The translations under genes and the position numbers were made by a program. Positions 53,554 through 61,713 of a stretch of DNA of 64,000 nucleotides are shown here, one piece after another. This DNA comes from Histomonas meleagridis 2922-C6/04-290x (taxonomy: Eukaryota; Protista; Parabasalia), in contig JAANOX010000132.1 of assembly GCA_020184695.1 (NCBI GenBank), positions 1-64,000 on the forward strand, given 5' to 3'. Under the pieces are notes generated by a model. That model searched no databases. It saw only the letters and a list, made by a program, of their open reading frames with translations, and was not told the DNA's origin. Every line of letters starts with the position of its first letter. Position 1 is the first letter of the stretch.

Positions 53554-56500
53554 ATGCATAGCAGAAGCCCTAAAGAAGAAATTAAGTATTTACAAGACTT
53601 AAAAGACTTAGTACTTGAATTAGATCAAGGAAATCTTCAAATGACTGTTGAATTAACGATGAAATTATTTGATGAAAATTTTCCACTTTCATTTAATATT
53701 GTTTTAATTGGAAATACAATTTCATCATTTATTTCACAACGGAAAGATATAAATATTTATATCGAATATTTACAAAATATCGAGAAGAAAGAAGAAGAAA
53801 TACTTAAAGTCAATCCGCATATATTTCAACTATTAAAAGGTGAATTATTATATTTACGTTCTAAAGAATCGAAATATTTCTTAGCTATTTTAATTGAAAA
53901 AAACTTAATTAGTTCCGACAACGTTTCTAAACTTGATTCCCAATATTTTGCACATTTATTAACAGAAGAACAACTTAAAGAATTAGAAGAACGTGGAATA
54001 TCAACACTTTATTGGAGTAGACAGAATAACCAAAATAATTTAAAAGATTTTATAGTAATAAATAGACAAAATAAATTTGAGAAACATAAAATTAATATTG
54101 CTGAAGGAAATCCATCAGAAATATCAAAGGCAATACGTGATGATGATGTAGAACAACTTCAAAAATTAACATCGGGAAAAGAATTTGATTTTAATCAACA
54201 TATAACGCCATCAATATATGAGCAATTTAGTAAATGTTTTAGATATGATGAAGAACATGGAATTACATTAATAGAATATGCTGCTTTTTATGGCGCAATT
54301 AAATGTTTTAAATATTTGTTATTAAATGGTTCTGATATCCAATTCGCTGGAAATTATGCAGTTGCAGGTGGAAACATCGAAATATTTCATTTATGTGAAC
54401 AAAATGGTACAACTTTTAGGGATTCATATAAAGATGCAGTTAAATATCATCGGAATAATATTTTTTATTACCTTTATGAAAATAATATATTTAAATATTA
54501 TCATAAGGAACGTAAAAATTTTAAATTGTCAATAAAAATGAAATATTTTGATTTCAAATCGAAACCTTATAAGTCAAGTTTTTCATTTGTTCATAACAAT
54601 CAACAAATTTTAACTGATGAAGAATGTAAAAATATGTTATTTACTTCAATTGTTATTAAATCTATTCAATATAATAATTTCGAAATATTTTCATTCATGG
54701 AGAATCAAGGATTTGAATATAATGAATCAATCATTGAAGAATTATTCATAAGTGGAAACTTATTTTTGATAAAATATCTTTTCGATGAAAAAGATATTCC
54801 AAGTGAAGCTTTTGCTTATTCTGTTTCTTCACATAATATTGAACTTGTCAAATATGTTCTATCTCGAAAGAACATAAATGTTAATATTTATGATGTTTAA
54901 TTTTATTGATTTCGAGTTTCTTAAGAATATTTTATAGTGTTATTTAATGTTTTTATAAAACTCCTTTAATTTGTGCTTGCGAATATAATGATTATGAAAT
55001 GGCTAAGTTGATTCTTGAACAAAAAGGAATTGATGTTAACTTTCAGGATAGAATTTATTTGTTTTATTTATTTGTTTTTTTAATTTTATATTTCGAAATA
55101 ATATTTGGAAATTATTTATATTATTTCGTACAGCACTTCATTCAGCTTCTTTAAAAGGTAACTTAAATATAGTTAAATTAATTATTGAACAAAATGGAAT
55201 TGATATTAATGTTAAAAATGTTTATTTGTTTTGTTTAGAATTTATATAAATAATTTAATATTTTGGATTAATATTTGGAAATTATTTAAACTATTTAATA
55301 CACCACTTATGATTGCATCTGAAATAGGAAATATTGAAATAGTTAAATTACTTCTTGAACAAAAAGGAATTGATATTTACCAACAAAATATTCAAGGAAA
55401 ATCTGCATTAATCATCGCAACCGAAAATGATCATATAGAAGTAGTTAAATTATTTTTGAAGCAAAAGGATATAAATGTAAATATTGTCGATATTTTATAA
55501 TTTTATATATTATTTAATTCATTAATTTGAAGTTTTATTATAAAATTTGGAATTTATTATTTGTTTTTTCAACACCATTATTTTATGCATGTAATAATGG
55601 TAATATTGAACTTGTAAAAATTCTTCTTAGTTTCGAAGCAATTAATATTAACATATTAAATGGAAATTTATTTCTTTTTAATATTTTGAAACTCCTTTAA
55701 TATATGCAACATGGAAAGGTCATACAGAAATAGTAAAATTACTTCTTGAACAAAAAGGAATTGATGTTAATGCTCGAACTATTTAATAATTTGTATTAAA
55801 ATTTAATTTAATAATTATTTGTTTTATTTTGATATTTGGTAATCATTTAATTTATTTGAAACAGCTTTAACTTTTGCAGTACGAAATAATTATATTGAAA
55901 TCGTTAAATTATTACTAGAACAAAAAGATATTGATATTAATTTCATAGATATTTATTTTATATATTATCTATTCTATTAGAATATTTGTTGAAATATATT
56001 TTAAATATTTGGTACACCATTAATGTATGCAATGATTGCAGGCTATCTTGAAATTTCTAAATTACTTATAGAACAAAAAGGAATTAATTTTAATGTAAAG
56101 AATATTAAAATATTATAACAATATTTGGAATTTCTATAAATCATTTGAAAGCGTGCTTCATAAAATGTGTTATAATATTAATATTGGAAAAAATCATTCA
56201 TATGATCCAAAATATAATCACTTAGTTAGAATTTGTTTCATTTTTTCGATGTTTATTTCATTGATTTAAATTTTGTTTATATTTTAAATGATTTATTTAT
56301 AATATTTAATAAATGTTTAATGGCATCTTCAAAAGATCAACAACAATTCATGAATAAATATTTTAAGGAAGATCATCCTTTTAAAATGCCGGGTAAATAT
56401 ATTTATTTCATATGTTTGGAGTTTATTTTATAATTTCATGGGACCATTCGATAGTATTTTTTTAATTTATTTGAATATTATAAAACCGATGTTGATTTAG

Positions 56501-57268
56501 TTCATAAAAATCAATATGAAATTTTTAAGTTAATTCTTGATAATAAAGATATAAATGTTAATATAAAATCTGTTAATTCATTTTATTATATAATTCATTT
56601 AAATTATTTCTATTTTAAATTAGTATTTGGAATTAAATTTATCTATTTTATACACCTTTAATGGTCGCATGTATGGAAGGAAGAACAAATATTGTTCAAT
56701 TATTACTTGAACATAAAGAAATTGATATTAACTTTCATGGTATTTATTATATATATATTATATTCCTATATAAAAAATGGAAATTAATAATAAAATTTGG
56801 AAATTAATTAATTGTTTTGGTACTGCTTTTATGTGTGCATGTTTTAATGGTCATTTAGATACTGTTAAATTATTACTTGAACATAGTGAAATAGATATTA
56901 ATCAAAAGAATAATATGTGTTATAATTATTTGATATTTCTTTATTTAATTCGGAATTTGTTTATGTTATTTATGAATTCTTTAATGGGGGCTGTTCAAAA
57001 TTCTCATTATGAAATCGTAGAATTTCTTGTTCAACAAAATGGAATAAAATTAAATGATAAAAATTATGAAGGTAAAACAGCAATTATGATTGCAAATTTA
57101 CATCGGAGTGATAATCAGAAATCTATAGAAATATTCGAATTACTTAAAAAACAAAAGGATATAATTTTCGATGAGGAAGTTAATGTTACAAATACATTTG
57201 ATTTCGGTAATAATAAACTCGCGCATCCAAATCCATTAAGTTTCGGTTTCGGGTTTGGTGATTATTAA
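53554..57268 (+). CDS. DUF3447-like + multi-ankyrin-repeat protein (~990 aa after removal of ~43 17/18-nt intervening units)
   Basis: Track ORFs 53554..54900, 55231..55500 and 56777..57268 plus unannotated repeats are joined into one stop-free frame. 3715-733=2982 nt. The T-to-next-D spacing is repeatedly 87 nt. Confidence 0.8.
54895..56971 (+). other. 13 arrays of 17-nt intervening units separating loop codons of ankyrin repeats
   Basis: Arrays at 54895-54956, 55053-55126, 55220-55296, 55492-55568, ~55666-55682, 55781-55857, 55951-56010, 56110-56146, 56231-56307, 56401-56481, 56572-56648, 56742-56818 and 56915-56971. Confidence 0.85.
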
Positions 57269-57454
57269 ATAATTTTTTTCTATTTTTATTATTAAGTTCA
57301 TTTTTGATTAATTATGATTGAAATTTCAATTACTTGAATTAATTTCATTACTTATATACAAATAAAACCAAAAGAAAATTTGTATATTAAAGAAAATAAA
57401 GTGTCACTTTTTGAGAAAACAATGATCATTTGACACTTTTTGATTCAATAATAA

Positions 57455-58969
57455 ATGAGCAACAAATTCGACGAAGTCACAAAGCAACATGTCGATGCAG
57501 TAACTCGTGATTACATTGTCCAACCACGAATCGAATACCGAACTGTTACAAGTGTTAATGGTCCATTAGTTATTTGTGATAAAGTTAAGTTCCCAAAATA
57601 CGCAGAAATTGTCCGTATTACACTTGGCGATGGAACTGAACGTCGTGGCAAAGTTCTCGAAGTTCAAGGAGACAAAGCTGTTGTTCAAGTTTTCGAAGGT
57701 ACAACAGATATTGATGTCAAAAGAACCAGAATTGAGTTCACTGGTCAAACACAACATACACCAGTTAGCACAGATATGCTTGGACGTGTATTTAGTGGGA
57801 GTGGTACACCTTTAGATCATGGTCCTCCAGTTCTTGCTGACGATTTCCTCGATATTGAAGGCCAGCCAATCAATCCATACAATCGTGAGTACCCAAGAGA
57901 AATGATTCAGACCGGTCTTTCAGCTATTGATGTAATGAACTCAATTGCCCGTGGTCAAAAGATTCCAATTTTCTCAGCTTCTGGTCTTCCCCATAACCAA
58001 ATTGCTGCACAAATCTGTCGTCAAGCAGGTCTTGTTCAACATCGTGGTAAAGATGTCTATGATACATCACCAGATAATTTCGCTATTGTTTTCGGAGCTA
58101 TGGGTGTTAACAAGAGCACTGCCCAATTCTTCCAACAAGATTTCGAGCAAAGTGGTTCTATGGAACGTGTGGTTCTATTTTTGAACCATGCAAATGATCC
58201 TACAATCGAACGTCTAATTACACCACGTATTGCATTAACAACAGCCGAATATCTTGCGTATGACCAAGGAATGCATATTTTAGCCATTTTGACTGATATG
58301 ACATCATATGCAAATGCATTACGTGAAGTTTCTACAGCTCGTAGTGAAGTTCCTGGACGAAGATCATATCCTGGTTACATGTATACTGACTTTGCATCCA
58401 TCTATGAGCGTGCAGGAAGAGTTAAAGGACGTCCCGGAAGTATCACACAAATTCCAATTCTTACAATGCCTTCTGATGATATTACACACCCAATTCCAGA
58501 TTTAACTGGTTATATTACCGAAGGACAAATTTATGTTGATCGTCAACTTGATAACAAACAAATTTATCCGCCAATTAACTTGTTACCATCATTGTCACGT
58601 TTGATGAAGAGTGCTATTGGAGAAGGTTTAACACGTAAAGATCATAGTAGTGTATCAAATCAAATGTACGCATCATATGCACATGGTAAAGATGTACTCG
58701 CAATGAAAGCTGTCGTTGGTGAAGAATCATTAAGTGAAGATGATAAGAAACATATCGAGTTCTTACATAGATTTGAAACACAATTCTTACAACAAGGACC
58801 TTATGAAAGTAGAAATGTATTTGAATCGTTGGATTTGGCATGGGAAATATTAAGAACATTACCGAAGGAATCATTAAAGAGAATCGATCAGCAGACATTA
58901 AATGAGTTCTACGCAAGAGATAGAGGACAAACAGAAAAAGAAGAAAATGAAGATGAAGAAGATGAATAA
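57455..58969 (+). CDS. VMA2: V-type H+-ATPase subunit B
   Basis: [73 protein letters not shown]. Confidence 0.97.
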   Translation: MSNKFDEVTKQHVDAVTRDYIVQPRIEYRTVTSVNGPLVICDKVKFPKYAEIVRITLGDGTERRGKVLEVQGDKAVVQVFEGTTDIDVKRTRIEFTGQTQHTPVSTDMLGRVFSGSGTPLDHGPPVLADDFLDIEGQPINPYNREYPREMIQTGLSAIDVMNSIARGQKIPIFSASGLPHNQIAAQICRQAGLVQHRGKDVYDTSPDNFAIVFGAMGVNKSTAQFFQQDFEQSGSMERVVLFLNHANDPTIERLITPRIALTTAEYLAYDQGMHILAILTDMTSYANALREVSTARSEVPGRRSYPGYMYTDFASIYERAGRVKGRPGSITQIPILTMPSDDITHPIPDLTGYITEGQIYVDRQLDNKQIYPPINLLPSLSRLMKSAIGEGLTRKDHSSVSNQMYASYAHGKDVLAMKAVVGEESLSEDDKKHIEFLHRFETQFLQQGPYESRNVFESLDLAWEILRTLPKESLKRIDQQTLNEFYARDRGQTEKEENEDEEDE

Positions 58970-59549
58970 ATGAATAATTGCTCTTAAAATTTGTTACAAC
59001 ATCAAATTTTTGATGAGACAATTTTTAACCTTATTAATTATTGGGGTGCCCTAAAAATTCTTTTTGGGTGCCCCTCGCAACAAAATGTTTGTCTTGTATC
59101 CATATACAATGCACACTAGAATATACAAGAAATTAGGTGAAGATTACTTTTAATATATCCTTTCGAATTAACAGTATACATATATTCATATTATGCATAA
59201 TATTAACAATGTTTTTTTATGATTTTAACGTTCAATTTCCAACCGTTTATTTATCCACTCACCTGAATTCTACAAAAAAATTTAAAAAGAAGCAAGATTC
59301 GGAAAGATTTGGTTAAAACTCTATTTCCCCTAAATGGCTAACCAATAAATTAGCACGTTTCAAATGACATATTCTTTTAATAAAATTAGATTATTTGACA
59401 AAATAATCATCCATGATCTTGAGATGGCTTAAAGTTATATACATTTCGAATGAGATTTTACTGAGTCAAAAATGTGTTCAAAGATTTTTCATTAACAAAT
59501 TAATTCTATTGTTTTTTGTTTATATCCAAAAAAATACACTCGCTTATTT

Positions 59550-59960
59550 TTATATAATTGGGAAATTTTGTGATTGTGATATGATGGTTGAAAATGGTCG
59601 AAGAAGATCAATGACATCAGAAGAAACTGAAGATAGAATGCCAACAGTAGAAACATGCCTAATACCAAGTGTTTGCCCAAGGTCGTTCTGTGTAAATTTA
59701 GCTACAATTACTGGAATATTTGATTTTGCTGCCATTAAAAGTATATGCTGGACAATCTCTGGTGGATTTATATCATATGTTATGATCAACATTTGAATAT
59801 TTCCCTTGATAATAGATTTACTGATTGAATTAATTCCAATTTTAATTTGTTTCTGCTCGTTAAGTGTAGATATCATTGCCTTGATTGCGTCATGTCCATC
59901 TCCGATCGGGGGTGGCAATTGTATATTATCTTCCAAATGAAGAATTTTTTTTGTATTCAT
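59550..59960 (-). CDS. L7Ae/L30e/S12e/Gadd45 family RNA-binding protein (Pop3/Rpp38-like candidate)
   Basis: IKIGINSISKSI......LIITYDINP......LLMAAKSNIPVI......LGQTLG. Confidence 0.7.
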   Translation of the reverse strand: MNTKKILHLEDNIQLPPPIGDGHDAIKAMISTLNEQKQIKIGINSISKSIIKGNIQMLIITYDINPPEIVQHILLMAAKSNIPVIVAKFTQNDLGQTLGIRHVSTVGILSSVSSDVIDLLRPFSTIISQSQNFPII

Positions 59961-60188
59961 CTATGAATAAACCACAAAAATTAAAATGAATTTTTTCCAA
60001 TATATGTTACTCTGACGCTTTGAATACGTACCAATATTTTTAGTATTAGTACTAATTTTCTTTTTATTTCAGATATCTGATTGGCCAATCAAATGAAATG
60101 CTCAAAATGATAAAGTCAAATTCATCAATGAATACACTCCAATTCCAATGGTCATATTTACTTACAATATTTATCAAAACGGCGTTCC

Positions 60189-61205
60189 TCAATATTGTGC
60201 ACGATTATTCATTTTGCAAAATAGAGGTGTATTTGGATCAGGGAAATACACAGCAAAATCATTAGGCACTTTGTCCAAAAGCTTTTTCACTGTTGTCATT
60301 GGAATTTGGTGCATATGAATTGATGCAGCTTTTTTCACAGGACATGGTCTTAATCCATTTTTACCAGGAACTAAGTAGTAATACTCGGGGCATTCCTTAA
60401 TTTGGCTGTAATCATCGTCCAAGATTTGGTCGACTTGTGATATTGGGAAAGTGACAATGATGCGATTAGTTTGGAAATGTTCAAGGTCAATATTAATAGA
60501 TTTAATGAACCAACCAAGAGCAACATCATCAAAACCGCCTTTACAAGCGCCGATAAATGTGTCTATGTTTTCAACAAATCTTTGCATGGCTGCATTTGAA
60601 AAAAGCCACCCGGCTCCACCTTGTGGATAAAATTCATGGTTAAATTCATGGTAGTTGTATGCAAGTAATGGAACTTCCATGGGATCACCTTCTTTCTCTA
60701 GATCGGAAATGAGATTAAGCATGGCCGAAAGATTGATATATGAATCATGTGTACCTCGGTAATACCATTTGACATTTTTGTGATGCTTTATAAAATGTTT
60801 CCATGTACCTGGTGTACGTATGCATAATTGTGTATCATCTGTAAATGTGGTGGAATTTTCTGGATATATTTCGACATTAATCCCTGGTATATTAAGAGGT
60901 CCATCAGAAACATAATGAAGGTAATATTCACCAGAAAATTGTTGTAATTGATACTCCCAAAAATTCCCTCGTAGGTCTTCTTTTTTATCAATTTTTTGCT
61001 TTGCACCAAGTATAATATAAAATGCAATAGATGCATTCGAAATATTTTGAATTATATCAGATTTTTGGTTACATATAAATTTAGAATTTAGAAGATCATG
61101 AGAATTAAATCTGAAAAAAGTAAGAACAGCAAAGCAAGTTAGAGCAATAAATGTGAGAATTAAGTTTTGAATCTCTAGATTTGATGTTTTAGGTTTTGAT
61201 TTCAT
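60189..61205 (-). CDS. Type II membrane glycosyltransferase, GT31/Fringe-like
   Basis: N-terminal TM segment, KWYYRGTHDSYIN, PQGGAGWLFSNAA and DDVALG motifs. Confidence 0.65.
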   Translation of the reverse strand: MKSKPKTSNLEIQNLILTFIALTCFAVLTFFRFNSHDLLNSKFICNQKSDIIQNISNASIAFYIILGAKQKIDKKEDLRGNFWEYQLQQFSGEYYLHYVSDGPLNIPGINVEIYPENSTTFTDDTQLCIRTPGTWKHFIKHHKNVKWYYRGTHDSYINLSAMLNLISDLEKEGDPMEVPLLAYNYHEFNHEFYPQGGAGWLFSNAAMQRFVENIDTFIGACKGGFDDVALGWFIKSINIDLEHFQTNRIIVTFPISQVDQILDDDYSQIKECPEYYYLVPGKNGLRPCPVKKAASIHMHQIPMTTVKKLLDKVPNDFAVYFPDPNTPLFCKMNNRAQY

Positions 61206-61445
61206 GTTGGATGAAGGAACCTTAACGGCTTCCTAAATAAACGTGTTTGCCCGATAGGATAAATTGACTCAATAACGATTGCATTTCATTTAATTTTTTA
61301 ATTGTATTTATCGTTTAATCTTCAATCATGAATACAAATCCATTGAATGAATAAAAATAAATTTCAGCCAACACATAGTAGTAACGAACCAACTAGCATC
61401 GATAAAATAACATGTTATTGTAAAAATTTAACACTTAATAAACAA

Positions 61446-61487
61446 ATGATAATCAATTATGATAAATTTATCATAATTGATTATCAT
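61446..61487. repeat. Perfect 42-bp palindrome
   Basis: atgataatcaattatgataaa|tttatcataattgattatcat; the arms are exact reverse complements with no spacer. Confidence 0.95.
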
Positions 61488-61713
61488 GATGTAATTGGTT
61501 TAGATTATATTGACACTTTTTAATAATTTAAAACAGAGTTAGTCAATGAAGTTTTGACAAATTTGACAGTTGCATATTTACGTTAATAAAGTTTTTAATT
61601 TGTCTTACAACGCTGTAAACTTTGAACTTTTTCAAATTTAGATTTCAGTCCATTATAATCGTTTTAGCGGTACAATTTTATTAACTTTCATAAAAAACGA
61701 GGTGTTTTCCTTA

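Noticed and set aside
55220-55299. One conventional GT-AG or U12 AT-AC intron per junction
   Set aside because: There is no consistent AG or AC at the 3' ends and no trichomonad ACTAAC-type branch motif. A single intron would also remove the conserved Gly codon and would not explain the 17-nt steps.
55271-55299. Apparent conserved protein motif W-x-L-F-x-x-F before TPL
   Set aside because: It is a by-product of TTT+GGA+unit read in another frame. Some copies have TGG TAA (55837, 63800), so the conservation is at the nucleotide level.
55231-55500. Small track ORFs 55231..55500, 56233..56433, 56777..57268, 63608..63805 and 11413..11979 as independent genes
   Set aside because: They begin at alternative or internal starts inside the unit arrays or inside the coding region, and are fragments of the reconstructed ankyrin genes (56233..56433 is not in the decoded frame at its start).
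54895-57268. Reading the ankyrin genes as frameshifted pseudogenes or sequencing errors
   Set aside because: The interruptions are confined to one loop and quantised at 17 nt in 18 of 21 junctions, they decode to consensus loops, and the exonic repeats carry no stops. Random decay or homopolymer errors would not produce this.
60028-60072. Intron-like GTAC...ACTAAT...TTTCAG segment
   Set aside because: There is no flanking plus-strand ORF, and the branch-to-AG distance does not fit the fixed trichomonad spacing.
60078-60091. 14-bp palindrome TGATTGGCCAATCA (double CCAAT)
   Set aside because: It is a single short instance with no corroborating evidence of function.
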